Source: Anolis carolinensis
Lineage: Eukaryota
NCBI RefSeq assembly: GCF_035594765.1
Contig: NC_085845.1
Span: forward strand, 162,580,897 to 162,644,896
Length of the DNA stretch: 64,000 nt
Reading direction: 5' to 3'
Positions 34,886 to 49,000 of this stretch are shown piece after piece. Each line of letters opens with the position of its first letter. Position 1 is the first letter of the stretch. The notes under the pieces were generated by a model, which did no database searches, was not told the DNA's origin, and saw only the letters and a program-made list of their open reading frames with translations. The translations under genes and the position numbers were made by a program.

Positions 34886-37800
34886 AATAAAACGTGGCAC
34901 TGAAATTGCACTCAGGTGAGCTCCATTCAACTATTTAGATGAAATTTCGAGGCAGTGGGTTGTCTATGAGAACTCCATAGTAGAGGATGATGACTATTAT
35001 AACCAGGCCTGCTGGAGGGGTGCAATTTCCCATCAGCCTTTTCATGGCCATCACAACATTGTATTACATTCGACAGAAAATCTTTTTCTTGTGTTGCACA
35101 CCTTCAAAACTGAGATGCTCATTACATTCAGTGTTACATTATACTCAAGTATATATGGTATTTTGCTCTTCCTGGTATTGAATATCAAGTGATAAAATCT
35201 AATTCTAGTTTCAGGCTATATAAAAAGTGGAAATGTGTATGAATATTTCTCCAAGGCACTACATCTTGTTCTTAGAAGTAATCATATTCGGTCTCTATGT
35301 CTGGGGGATAGTTTGTTTATATGGCAACATTACTGAAATATGAAAAGGAATTTTTGGAATTTTTGGAATTCTATAACCAATTACTTATAGGATTAGATAA
35401 GTGTGTTTGATCGAGCCTCAGCAAGTACTGGTATGGGAAAATATACAAGATATACAAACTTCTTTCCTGATCCCTGAACTATGTTTGAACAATAGTGGTA
35501 TGATGCAGTGCTCAAATGCCCAAAAATCTATGCTTCGTTGCATAAATTTTGCTTCACCAAGGCTTTGAAAGAAAGTTGTCTAGTTTTTTAAAATATTAAT
35601 ACAATATTTATGAATGGACAAGTGAAAATGACTTCCTGTCTTTAAATCTAGTTTTTGTTGTTGTTACAATGCCAGTGAGTGAATGGGAGCAGTAACCAAC
35701 TCATATGCAAATTCCACTGGGAAAAAAAGATGAATGTAAATTTCATCATTTCACCATTGTCCTATAGATGCCCAGTATCATATAATCAAGTAACTGTGCC
35801 TTATTTTTTATGAAAATAACTATCTTGTTACTTTTAATGCTAGGTTGACAAGTTGCTATGTTTGGCTTTTTATGCAACAGATGTGCTTCTTTTTTTTTGT
35901 TTTATAGTCCTAATATGTTTCGGGCTATGTAAATATTTTAGGATTCTTCTACATATGTGCACAGACACACTATATATCAAATGTATGCCCAATAAAAATG
36001 CCATGCTGTCTAGAATGGTTTCATTTTAAGTATCTTCCATGACACTGAGAAAACAGTGTTTTAATTTTAAATTGTTATGCAATTCAGTATCTGAAAATAT
36101 TAGCTGGCTTCATTTTGTGGACTAAGATTGTATTTTTTATTTTACTCTGTTATCTAAGCATCAGAGGTTTTGAGATATGAATTTCAATCTAATTTAAAAC
36201 AACCAGATACACTCAACTTTTCTTATTCCTAGATCTGCCATATGGGAAACATTTATCATCTATTTCCAATTGCCAGTATTTAGTATACTGAGTGCTTATT
36301 GTTACCTGTGTTCTCACCTCATAAGCCTCTTTATTAAAAAATGTACTACGAAAAATTAGCAGGGAGGAATGAAAGTGCAGATTACAGTTACAAACTCCCA
36401 GTTGAGAACCTGGCTTCCATAGAATAACATTTAATGGAAGATTATGTCATTTTGACAGTCAGGATTCTGTAATTTATGCCTACAGAGCTGAATGTTATTT
36501 TGAAATGCATATGAATACAGAGTACTCAAAATTCTGTTCCAAGATCTTTCATCTCATAAAAGACTACAAGAGCTGTAATATGATGCACACAAGGTTTTCC
36601 ATCACCTCATCCAGCAAATGATGATGGCTGGAAGGGTGAAGAAATACATAATCACTGTCATCTGTTCTATGCATGTGTCTTGCCCATGCAGAATCCAGCC
36701 GCAGCCTTCTTTTGCACATTGGAAATTATGCAAAACATGGCACTTCATTTTCCAGAGCTCAGAAAGTCCTTAAAAAGTAAAAATCCCTCAGCTAATGTGG
36801 CTAGTTCAAATTAACCTTTTCAACACTGATGAATTTCCTGTATGTATTTCTAAATCTTATATATCTTCCTTTTGGATCTTGTTGTTATTTTAAAAAAACA
36901 ACAACAGGATTTTGCCTTGGTGCCATCAACCTGCAGCTGGACAGATGAGGAGAGGCATGTTGCAAAGAACTACTGGCTACTTCTTACTAAAATTTAAAGC
37001 ACAATAGCATATACCCCGTATACAATTCTAGCTTTTGTAATTTGGGCTCCAACACGGTGAGCAAAAAAAAATCCAGATACTCCCTGACCTGAAGACAAGA
37101 TTTACCCCTGTCTTTTTCTGCTGTTTCGTTGATGTAAATTGATCTCTTCTCTGGTGCTATTAGGCACAGTGAGAAAGGAGACAAAATACTCATAGTTTAC
37201 CAGTCATTTAACCTGCCCAGCTAAAAGCTATTGAAGAAAACAACTCACTTGCTTTTAAGTAGTATATGTGAAAAGGCTTTCTAAGTCACAAGAATGGCAT
37301 GAAGAGAAAAGGCTAAACTCCACTGTTCCATTATTTGGGTGGAGGCCACTAGTGGATGGTAGAGAAAGAAAGATACTTCATTTTATGGAGGTGGGTGGTG
37401 GTTGAAGGAGTAAAACATTTCCCCCCCTGTTTTCCTGTTATTCCCCCCACCAATGTCCATGTCATAGAAACAACTCTTATTTATGATATGGGGAGGGGGA
37501 AGGGGGAAGAACCAGTGAAAATGGGGGAAATGGTTTTTCACTTTCAATTCCCCTCCCCCATAAAATGAAGTATACTCTCTCTAGCAGCCCCTAGTGGCCT
37601 CCAGACAGATAATGGAACAGTACCAATACTTTTGGGAACTCCAGTCCCAAGTCACATGTAAATTGTCCCACTGCCACCTTAATTTAACCTTTAGACTCTT
37701 CTGTTGTTCTCTTCCCACATACAGCAATGGTGTGCAAGAAATAAAGCTCAAAGGCAATGGCACATAGTGTTAGCTAGTGAGATATGTGGCTAATGTAGCA

Positions 37801-39612
37801 CTTGGTGTATGCTGTAGGGAGACTTAGGCACATTTTTCTGTAATGGAGATTACTGGATAGCCTTGAGTGCAATCCTTGGATCCAGTTGGAGAAAAAAATT
37901 GGGCTATAAAGTAAATAAATACAGTCATTCATTTTTACCCTACCCACATAGGATTTTTCTGAAGGTAAAATAGTGAAGCAGGATACCCCAAAAAATAAAA
38001 AGAAGACTGGAAATAGTTGCAATAAGGTACCATTTTGTGGTGTCAATCCAGTGAAACAAGAGTGGCATTCCATTTCATGGTCAAGGAAATACATACCTGA
38101 TTATTTTCTAAGTCCAATGTAACCAGTATATATCACATATATGTGCAATTCAATGTGAAATAGCCACAATGTGAACTTGAATACAAGGATTTTGAGTTAG
38201 CAAAGCCATTTTAGACAAAGTTATTCCACTCAGCACTGTTGCTAATATAGGCATGAAATAGGAAAATATTGATCTAAGAGCAAAAATCTGTAGTGTTTAT
38301 ATAAATCAGGAATGTATGGAAGTGATGGCCTTTCAGATTTGTATAGACTAACTCTTGTTTGTCATAGTCAGCAAAGTCAATGAAAACACATGCCTGAAAA
38401 ATTGAAGTGCTCCATTATTTTGGCCACAATGATTCTAGGCTTCACACTTTGGGGCTTGAAGATATTTAAGAAAACTCTTTTAGACTATTCCTGTACTGTT
38501 TCACATGCCATCTACTTTTTCATAAATATATTATTAAATGCAATATAAATGTAGCAATATAATTTGCCATGAAATTAATAAATTTTCATACATTTATCCA
38601 ATTAGGTTATCCAAATAGAAATAGATACTTGTTTTCTGCCATGGCTTATGAATCCTACTCTAATTTTGAAACTGAAAATAACAAATTTCATAAAACTTGG
38701 AAATTAATTTTGAATTGTATAGGCCTGCTACTAGTCTCGGCCATGAAAGCGCTGAAATTAAGAATGCATTGAATCCAGCATTTGTAGGGCCCATACACAC
38801 CTAGGATCAATACTCATGGTTTCACATACCTGCATCTGACTAAATATGTCATTTCCCCATTAACACAGAGTTACCCTGGAGAACCTAGCAAATTCCTTAG
38901 AAAGATATCTATGGGAATTTTCTAGGTGCTTCAGCAAGATTTCATGGTAACTTCTGGAAGAAATAATTAATTTCCATAGGATTTGCTAATGGCCACTGCC
39001 TCCTGGAAACTTCATGGTGTGCACAGGAAAGGGTTTGCTTCAAGTACCTAGAGATAATATAACATAAATGTAAGAGTTAAATTAGCTTAGTGTGATATTA
39101 TCTATTGTACACCCCCGCCCCAATATTTAGCCTCTGCCTTTCAAAATATATCTGTGGCTAAGATCTTAAATCCAGTTAAGGAACTGGAGATAGTTGCTAC
39201 AGCTTATTTTCCTGCTCAAATGTAGTTGCCTATGATTCACAAAAATCTTCATTTTTCATAAAGGCATTGAAAGGCAAAATTAATGTTGTTTAATGTCTAT
39301 TTTGAACTCAATATTCATGCTTGGATAGGACAAGATGCATAGTGTGTACCATATAGCAAATGTTTTATTGATTTTCCTAGTTCTTTATGGATTTTATCAT
39401 GAGGAAAACCAACCTTTTAGAAACTGCCTTTAAAATAAACATGGGGAGAATTTTTGTAAATAATCTAAGAATGATGCAACAGTGAAGACAAAGCATCACA
39501 AAGTATTAAGGAAATTGAAAGTATAACTGAGAGACATGTGAAAAGGATAGCAAGTTTAATGCCAGCAAAACTTGATAACTGTCAATGACACAACTATGAG
39601 AGTATGCTGTCC

Positions 39613-39779
39613 TTAGATAACAACAGCCTGAAGGAGTCGGAAGCAAAGCATAAGATCAAATGGGATTGGGGGCTTGATTTCATTGCCATCCAGGCGGAGG
39701 TAGCGGAGGCGTGGCAGGTTTCTTTCATTGACATAGTCTCCTGGTATAGGAATTGGACACACTTGAGTTCCATTAACAC
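39613..39779 (-). CDS. KERA: Keratocan exon 3 (coding part)
   Basis: Acceptor tttatgtctag, then (S)VNGTQVCPIP...PRLRYLRLDGNEIKPPIPFDLMLCFRLLQAVVI*. The phase-1 junction fits exon 2, giving 349 aa in total. Candidate AATAAA at 39369-39364. Confidence 0.95.
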
Positions 39780-40747
39780 CTAGACATAAAAACAGACATG
39801 TATATAAGAAAGGTTACTGGAAGAAAGGTATCCTGTAATAACATAACACATTATTTACACTGAGTAAAAATGCATTACTATGTATTTGTACTCTTGTTAT
39901 GAAGCCAGTAAGATTGCAGTTCTGTACTTGGTTTCTCATTTCTACCATGTAAATTCCTGATGCTCCAATGTCCCCTGAAATAAGAGATGTCATTGCATTA
40001 TTCAGCCCAGAAAATTACAAAAGGAACCTCAGTGCTAGTTCCTCTTTACCACCAAAATTTCTGAAGCAAAGGTGGCTGATGGTCACCAGTTCAACAACGT
40101 ACAAACCTATTAGTCTGAATTTCAAGGAACTACTGAAGATGCTGAGCCTATTTTGGTGAAAGGGTTCAGTACATTGGATAGCTCCTTTCAGAGTTAAACC
40201 TGGATTCAAAACCCAGTTTATATGAAAACTATCAGTCATCATCCACTTTGAAGGGGTGCTGGCAAGGGCAAAGGATCTAGAAAGTTTTTAACAGCCACTA
40301 AAAGCAATAAAGTAATCCCCCTGCATCTGTTGCTCTCCTGTACAACTTAAACATATTTTCAATAAAATATGGCCTTTCCTAGGTCATAATTAAGTAACTC
40401 AGCACTGTAACAGAAACAGACATTGCTATCAAGTAAATTGTGTGCATACAAACAACACTCCATTCACATACTCCAGCAAAATCTAAAAATGAAAGTGAAA
40501 AAACAATGCATGTGTACTTCAAATTTGTTTTAAATTGATCAAGGTAATTTGGATCCTAGTACTGATGAACCAACAGTAGACAATAGTGACAAATCCCTGT
40601 AAAAATAGATTACCAGTATTTCAGCTAAACATGCTAGACCTGAAAGTTGCTGCAGAATACTGACATTTCTAATATAAAGTGTGGAAAAACATGTAACACA
40701 TATATTATGTGGGAGTGAGTTTCACCAATTACCTTGGATGTTGAATA

Positions 40748-41066
40748 AGGTAAAGACAAAGGTTTTCCCCTGACATTAAGTCTAGTCATGTCCGTGCTCA
40801 TCTCCATTTCCAAGCCAATGAGCCAGTGTTGTCCATAGACACCTCCTAGGTCATGTAGCCAACATGATTGCATGGAGCTCCGTTACCTTCCTGCCAAAGT
40901 GGTACTTATTAATCTACTCACATTTGCATGTTTTTGAACTGCTAGGTTGGCAGAAGCTGGGGCTAACAGTGGGAACTCACCCCGCTCCCCGGATTCAAAC
41001 TGCTGACCTTTCAGTCAGCAAATTCAACAGTTCAGTGGTTTAACCCACTGTGCCACCAGGGGCTCC
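40748..41066 (-). mobile_element. Sauria SINE in KERA intron 2, 10-bp TSD ATGTTGAATA
   Basis: Head and tail motifs; TSD at 40738-40747 and 41067-41076. Confidence 0.92.
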
Positions 41067-41428
41067 ATGTTGAATATCTAAATTTAAATACCTACTCAGT
41101 TAAGATAGGTGGTACATCCTTGAGTTTGACCCCAACGGGTTCACAGGGCTATTGTAAAGAGGAATTATAAAATGTATTATAGAAAACTGCCCATAGTAGT
41201 AGTAGTAGTTTACCAGCATCTTTAAAAATCATCTAGCTAAAATTTATCAGCTGTTTCTGGAATATGAACCTTATGGTGTTAACGGGACAGACTTTGCATT
41301 GAAACAGATATGCAGAACTGGCAGACTATTCTATTGTTCTGTATAATTGCATATTCATCAAGTAGCAATTATTTGCATCTCTTTATGGTTGTTTTTGGTT
41401 AATGTCTTTGTTTTCTTGCTATATCATA

Positions 41429-41578
41429 AAAAAGATAAAGGTTTTCCCCTGACGTTAAGTCCAGTTGTGACCGACTCTGGGGGTTGGTGCTCATCTCCAT
41501 TTCTAAGCCGAAGAGGTGTCGTTGTCCGTAGACACCTCCAAGGTCATGTGGCTGGCATGACTGCATGGAGCACCGTTA
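41429..41578 (-). mobile_element. 5'-truncated Sauria SINE, TSD CTATATCATA
   Basis: 3' half only, with a perfect 10-bp TSD. Confidence 0.88.
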
Positions 41579-42978
41579 CTATATCATAGAACATCATATA
41601 AATATGTTTAAAGGAACATCTGGAGCAAAGTTGAACAGGGAAACTTCCCTCATAGAAAAGTAGCTATGCAAAATGAAGCACATTGTACTCGTGGACAATG
41701 GCTTGTGTGTGCTCAGATTTTGCATCATCAATGCATGTATTTTTAACTTCCTTTGTGTATATGAAAAGGAGTGGGGAACTTGGCTTCCTTTCTGAGTGAT
41801 CTGCCTTGCATGTCTTGAGTTCATTGGCATAAATTCACTTGGTTTGTTCTGTAGCTTGTGGTTAGGCACAGTGCCTTTGTGTGTGTTCTGATCTAAATGG
41901 GATTTGAGTTTTCTGGCAAGATTATTCTTTGTACTAGGAGCACTTTGTGTTTCTCAGCTATAAAAGGAGTAAATTGTTTTCTAGATGGCTTTTAAGAGTT
42001 ATTATTCCTGCAATATTTCAAGGGTATTTGTACAAATTATATACATAGCATTAAAGTATAAGCAACCTGCTTCTGGCCTCACCTAGTTGAGATATGCAAT
42101 TTAGTGACTCCTTTGCTGTTGTGATAGACTAGAGTCAATTTGGCATAAAGCTGTTGTATCGATATCATAAAAAGATGCACTACTTGCTGGCATAGAATTT
42201 GTAAGTACATCAGATAGCTTGTTATTTCAGGCTCAGGAGCATGAGCCAGACTAATAAGTGGAGAACGATTATGAAAACTGAAGACTGGATACTCATTAGT
42301 TTACTTCTTCTTACAGGACAGATCATATCAGTGAGTTCCACCTCTTTTCTGATGATGTTTTACTGAAGAAGCTACATGGACACTACCTCTTTAAACCTCT
42401 GAAGAACTTTGCTTTAAGGAGCTGGCAACCTCAATTGTCACCTGTCATATGATCCTGCTACAAAAAATACATCCTATTACTTTTGGTAAACCAGTCATTT
42501 ATCTATATAAGAAGTAGTAGATTTTACCTTTGACAGAGGCAACACAGTTCATCAGTTGAGTCGATAATGACAATACTGTATTAGCCAGAAGACACAGCTG
42601 GATAGTGTTCTCCAAGTAGTCACTGTGAGCAACCTTGTCTCACTCTTATTTCAATATGCATTTCTCACTGGTAAGCAAACTAGACCCAGATCACAATTCC
42701 ATAGAAATTACATTTTAAACTGCACCCAAATTCCTTAACTACATTAGGTTTTTCTGATTAAATAAGAATCGATTTATCAATTGTTCTACTAATCGTTCAC
42801 TGGCATCATTTGAACATTTTTTAAAATTCTCTTTAAGCTTCTTTCTGCTTTCTGCTGTGTATTAAATAATCCTATACATGTAACAGAGAAGTCCAGCTGA
42901 AGAAGGAATTGCAACTCTAGGACTGAAAACAGAAAAAGAATGAGACAAGAATATTTCATGGTAAATATTTCTGTCATA

Positions 42979-43200
42979 CAGTGCATTTACACTGTAGAAT
43001 TAATACAATTTGACACAATTATAACTGCTGTGGCCCAATGCTATGGAACCATGGGAGTTGTCTTTTAGTAAGGTGCCAGCATTCTTTGGCAAAGAAGGCT
43101 AGAGACCTTGTAAAATCACAATTCCCATGATTCCATAGCACTGAGCCATGACAGGTAAAGTGTTGTCAAATTACTTTAATTCTACAGTGTAGTTGCACCC
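42979..43200. mobile_element. Palindromic MITE (GGGTGCATCTACACTG TIR, PIF/Harbinger-like)
   Basis: Long internal inverted arms; copies at 44332 and 52790. Confidence 0.8.
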
Positions 43201-43223
43201 TTAGATTGCCGATGAGCACTTAC

Positions 43224-44106
43224 TGCTGATCTTGTTGTTATCAAGATGAAGGTGCTCAAGGTGAACAGTGATAGCTGGGATTCTGGTCAGAGCATTGTAA
43301 GATAGCTGAAGATCAAGAAGAGATGAAATATTAAAGATCCTGTTTGGCAGCCCTTCATTGGTTAACTTATTGTTATTCAGGCGAAGGAAAATCAGCTTCA
43401 GCATTGTATCAAAGTAATGTTCTGGTATTGCTTCAATGGAGTTATTGTCCAAAAAAAGCTGCACAACATTTCCCGGAAGGATTGGTGGCATTTGAGTAAG
43501 TGAGTTTTGAGCAATGTTGAGTTGCATGAGATTCTTCAGTCCTTGAAAGGTGGTGCTTGAAAGCGTACTGTCCAGCAGCTTATTGTGATGCAGATCTAAC
43601 ATAGTGAGGTTCTCTAGATTACTGAAGGCTCCTTCAGGGATTGTTGTGATTTTGTTCCCTGCCAAACGTAGCTGTTCTAAGCTTGTGGGCAGTGGAGCAG
43701 GCACCTCTTCTAGCTCATTGTGTTCAAGGAACAAGTACAAGAGACCTTTAAGCTTGCTGAATACACCTTTCACAATTCCACTACTAGTAATTTTGTTCTT
43801 GTTGAGATTTATCCATTTTAGCTGAGTGGCATTCACAAAAGACTTCTCTGTGACAGTGTCAATGAGATTGTTTTGGAGATAGAGGTACCGAATTCTTGCT
43901 GGGATGATGGGTATTGCTTTAAGTTCCTTGTTATCACAGTATAAGGCATTTGGGAAACTAGGAGGGCAAAAGCATTCTTGGGGACACTCAAAGCTGTAGT
44001 AAGACCAGTCATATGGATCATCATACTCCATTGTTGTGATACTCTGTGTCCACACAGCATCAGTCATGAAGACTACCAAAAGGCTGGAATAGAGTTTCAC
44101 ATTCAT
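43224..44106 (-). CDS. KERA: Keratocan exon 2 (exon spans 43224-44113): signal peptide, class II SLRP Cys cluster and LRRs
   Basis: CPQECFCPPSFPNALYCDN (CX3CXCX9C), YLYLQNNLI, WINLNKNKIT and LYLFLE are keratocan-type. Acceptor ttcaaag at 44114; donor A|gtaagt at 43223. Confidence 0.96.
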
Positions 44107-44331
44107 TGTGTACCTTTGAAAGAGGGAGGAAAGTAGTTAAAATGTGTTATTTTCATAGCATCGTCCCCCCCCCCTCAAAAGCAACAATGTGCACACCTTA
44201 AAGTTGTGAAAAGAATTTGAGAGCTATTATTTGTTATAGGTGAAAATGTTTCTGCCTGTGTCAGTGATGTTTTATCAGAGGAGGAGGAAACAGAGAACTA
44301 ATAGTGTCTTACTATGCAAGATACATTCCAA

Positions 44332-44553
44332 GATTGCATCTACACACTAGAGTAATAAAATACTCTTTGACACCACTTTAATTGCAATGCTATGGAATCA
44401 ATGTGAGTAGTAGTTTTACATGGTCTTTAGTCTTTTCTGCCAAACAGTGCTAATGCCTAATCAAACTACAACTCCCATGATTCTTTCTATAGCACTGAGT
44501 CATGGAAATTAAGGTGGTGTCAAATTGCATGAACTCTACACTATAGATGCACC
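44332..44553. mobile_element. Palindromic MITE, same family as 42979
   Basis: TGCATCTACAC... / ...TATAGATGCACC. Confidence 0.78.
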
Positions 44554-45885
44554 TCATTCTCTAATAGTATATACCGTTTTCTGGATTACTTGTGATTTAT
44601 CAAACTTTTTATATGCACATTTATTTTTTTGTTTAAAAGATGTTTTTATTGAAGCCAGTGGTTTTACTGCTATTTTGAACTGGGCACTTTGTGCAAAAAC
44701 TCCAATGTTAACCGAAAGAAAATGTAATAATAGAAAGGCTGACATGTTTGCCTTAAGGACAGTGAAGCAGCCAGAGTTTGCTCTTCCTTTAAGCAGCTTG
44801 CATGTTCTTTATTTTACAGCTAGTTAGAAGGGCATCTGGATCAGATTTTCTAGGCCCAGATCACATAACACACAAGACAAAGATCAAAGAATATGTTAAC
44901 AGCTGCTTACTGGTTAAGTTCCCCAGGTGTCTGGATAGGTTTGTCTGCGGGAAAGAAAATCCCCTCCTTCTATCACTCCACCATGAATCTTTCTTTTTTT
45001 TCAATGGAAATTACTTTTAAAAACTAATTTTGCCCAGAACTTCACTTTTATTGCTTGACATGTGCTCAGATTTCTTTGTCCAGATTCACTCTTAATTTGT
45101 TTTCATTATATCTGGCTTTTCCATTGTTATGTGTTCAAATACCAGAGATGCAAAGCCACATTCCTATATCATATCATCTTATATCAACATTCATCTCAAA
45201 TTTCACTGTCGTATAAAATGAATTAACATTTTAAAGAAAGATTATCATAAGCTGCAGCAGTATACTGAAGTGTCATACAGAAAAGGATGGGAAGGAAGGG
45301 CTTGTTCAGTGGGGGACGTGTACTGAAAGAGTATTAAAGCTGAGACTATAAAGATAAAAATAAATTAAAGGGAAAAACCAAAGCCCCTTATCATTTATTT
45401 TAAAAGGATAGCTCTGATGTGGTACTGCTCTAAAGAAATCAAGTCCAAGGAATATCTCAAAGACTTAATAATCTTTGAAACTGCTGGATAACCATCCACA
45501 AAATTGCTGAATAGTGCCTGAAGTAATAAAAGAATATCAAAGAGAAAGAGACAAAAAGGTAAATGATTTACCAGGGAGTATCATATTTGATTCAACACAT
45601 TTTCTCTGGCATCTCTTACTCTTATACAAATATTTATATCTCATGCTCAACATTGATAAAATGAGTAAAGAAAATATTTTACCTTGTATAGGTTAGGTGG
45701 TGAATTTTGGAGCCTGTTAAAATCATTTAGGCACCACTTTATTCTTTCAGCACATTTCCTAGTCTGAACTCTTTTCAACGTACAGTATGAAAGCTTAAAA
45801 CACACAGCAGTAATCCCCAAACATTACCCAAGACACTTAACATTCAATTCTTTCTAATTTGACAGTGCTTCAGAATAGAGCTTAC

Positions 45886-45960
45886 CTCAGTTTTCTTGGA
45901 TTCTCTTCTGTTGTTCCTATTGGCCACTGTTGTAGACTGTAAGGGGTGGAATCTGTCAAA
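45886..45960 (-). other. KERA: Keratocan non-coding exon 1 (TSS approximate)
   Basis: Strong donor CTGAG|gtaagc at 45886, with a TATA box about 30 nt upstream of the inferred start. Confidence 0.65.
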
Positions 45961-45985
45961 TCACAGTCTGTTATGAATACAGCCT

Positions 45986-46005
45986 AATATATACGCACCA
46001 ATGAC
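45986..46005 (-). promoter_or_regulatory. KERA core promoter: TATATATT plus an adjacent inverted CCAAT
   Basis: The minus strand reads GTCATTGGTGCGTATATATT. Confidence 0.55.
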
Positions 46006-49000
46006 TACTACTATTAACCCTTAAAATCACCATGTACCACTGGACCCCTACACAATAAAATTCAGGAAATCCTGGATTTCACATCAAGCAACTACAACCC
46101 TCTAAGGGCATTCCCAGAGGTGCTTACCTCTGATTTTATGGCACAAATTGAGGCAGAAATGAAATAACTTTATTAATATTTGATTACAAATGCATTCAAT
46201 AATTGTCAGCGTTATCTAAGCTAGGGAACAAAGAATTAAAACTAGTACCATATGTTTTGGCGGAAAGTTATTATTTGATTCTGATGAAAAACAGATGCAG
46301 AAAAGCTTTTATATATGCGATTCCTGATTGAGAAAACTTAGGAAGACTGCTAAGAAATATTAATATATTATTTAATACATTATCTTTAACATACTATTTT
46401 GCTGCTTTTAGGATAGTGTGATACATTTCTTCACATTTCTCTATACATTTTGATTAACTTGCAAGAAATGGAGCATTCCCATAATACTGTCATTGTGTGC
46501 CATCTGTTCTAAATTTTGTTTTTCATAATTATTAGACCAATTATGCATTTTAGCATTTGTTTCCAATCCACTTGTATAATTAAAAGGATATACCACATGA
46601 ATCCTTTTTTTCTTTTCTTTTTTAAAAAACAAAACAGTAAAATCAAAGTGACTTTTGGTAGCATGGTCACATCTGCAACTCAAAAGCTATTTGCTGCTTT
46701 TAAATTGGATGATTCATCTAGTAAGGAGGACCGGGGGGGGGGGGGGGGAGAGATACCAACCACAATGGGAATTTCATGCCTTCACTGATAGGCTTTGAGA
46801 GGCAGTTTACGAAAGAAGCTGGGTTAGCATTTTGAGGCTCCATAGCTGCTATCTAGTGTAAAATATCCAATTTGGTGGGGAGGTAAGAAGACCTTTCCAG
46901 GTTCTTTTACTCTCTTGCCAAGAGAGAATAGGTTAGTCCCTCCCTGCTGTCCAGCAAACATCTTTTTTTTTAACAGGCATTTGGAGTTTTATTTCTTATT
47001 AAGGAATATATAATTAAATATCAAAATATGGATCATCCATACCATTGCATTTCCTGAATGAATGAATGAAGGAATGAATGAATGAATTTTTTATCCCACC
47101 CCATCTCCCAAAGGGACTCTAAGTGGCTTACAACAAAACGATAACATAAATAATAATACAACAAATAACAAGTCTTTATATTTCCTGCTTTGATGTGTGA
47201 TTGTAGAGAAACTCAATAGAAAGATAACTTACACTCTGAAATGTAGTGTGGAGTAGAAGTCTGTAGGTACCATTGATTCCAAAATGGCCAGAAGATGATT
47301 TAAGCTAGAAGAATTCAAGGTTAAACTCTCCCCAAGAGCCAAAATGAAGCTACCATGCTTTGGGCATATCATGAGACAAAATGCCTCATGAAAAAAAAAA
47401 CAATGGTGATTGCTGGGGTAGGTGGAAAAGAGCAAGACTATATTATAGGTGGATAGACTCAGGCCCCTTCTACACAGGCCTTAAAATCTGTAAGAAATTG
47501 GGATAAAAGGGGGGGGCAGATGACACTCAGTGAAAATGTGCACTGGATCACAGGATCGGCTGAAATACACATGTTAGAAAAGTCCTCTTTAAATTCTCGA
47601 TCAGCTAAAAATGTGCTGCTATGAAGCACATTTTTATGTATATCCCTGCAGTGAAGAAAATAATGAGACTTGGTTACAATACACTGGTGTGGACTGCTCT
47701 AATCCTCATAATCCTGAAACAGCTGATGAGATAAATAAATGGAGCCACACACGGGTAGCTAAATGGAAACACAAGAGGAAAGCAATTTCCATGTGAACTC
47801 TCTCCAAAAATTCCTTTGTCCTCATATTTATGAAATTAAACAGAGCTTTAAATTACACAATGGACACCAGCATGGCAGGAGCGTTCAAAAGGGCAAACTT
47901 AAAGGCAACATTAGGGTGAGGAGAGATAATGACAAAAAATCCGCTTGTGTGCAATTTCTAATATCTGCATCAGTGCTTATGAGGTCCAGCGCATCTTGGA
48001 GAAAAATGAAAAGAAAACGTCTGGTGGAAGATTAATGTATATATACATATATTCTTTCTGACTTGCAAGGGCTTCTTTCCTTTGTCAAAACATTCCCTTG
48101 GTTAAGAGTGAGGGAGGCTTTGGAAAAATAAACACTGATAAGGGAGGGTAAGATGAGAGATAAGTATATTATATTGCAAGCAAGGTCCTCCAGGCTTTGC
48201 TGCCGTTTTGATCTTGACCCAATTATAAGCCGGGGGAGGCTTTGTCAGCTCATAAAAAGGGCTGAAAAACTCAGCTTATCTTCGAGTATATATGGTAACT
48301 ACAATTTGCTGTAGGTGGTTTTTACTGTTTTGTGACTCGTATGCTGAGACATTTTCATTGTGATTTTGATCTGTTTATATCTTAAATATATTTGTTTTAA
48401 TCTGATTTTATCACTGTTTGAGAATTGCCAAGATTTTGAATCACATTGACAGAGTCGGAAAGCTCATCCAGCTTAGTTCCATGCCCTCCCTGTGTCCACA
48501 TATGCCATTTAGTTTCTTGCCACACAGGTGACTTCCCAATTATTTGCAGATTTTGATATCCACGGGGGGTCCTGGAACCAAACCCAGTGAATACCATAAA
48601 CCCACTGTTTCTTAATATAATGGGGCATAATGCATACCTATGTCAGTAATAACATCAGTAATATCATCCAGAAAAGTACACAGGTTTGAGCATTGCATGA
48701 CTCAAGAGTTCAAATCTCTGTTCAATCATGGAAACCCACTGGGTGACATTAAACAAGTCACAAACTCTTGGTTTCAGAGGAAAAGTGTTGCAAACCTCCT
48801 TGGAACAAATCTTGTTATATAAGCCCCATGATTCCTTCACCTTAAGTTTCTCATAAGTCAGAAATGATCTGAAGATCTGGACTAATGTCACCTAATAGGA
48901 CATTCTGGTCCTTATCACTGCTCTGAATGCCATGTTTATTTGTTCATTTCATTTTACTTATATCCCACTGTTCTTCTTCCATAGGATTCAATAGGGGTGT

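Noticed and set aside
43201-43223. C-terminal KCSSAI* of the 301-aa ORF
   Set aside because: Intron read-through past the GTAAGT donor; the real C-terminus is in exon 3.
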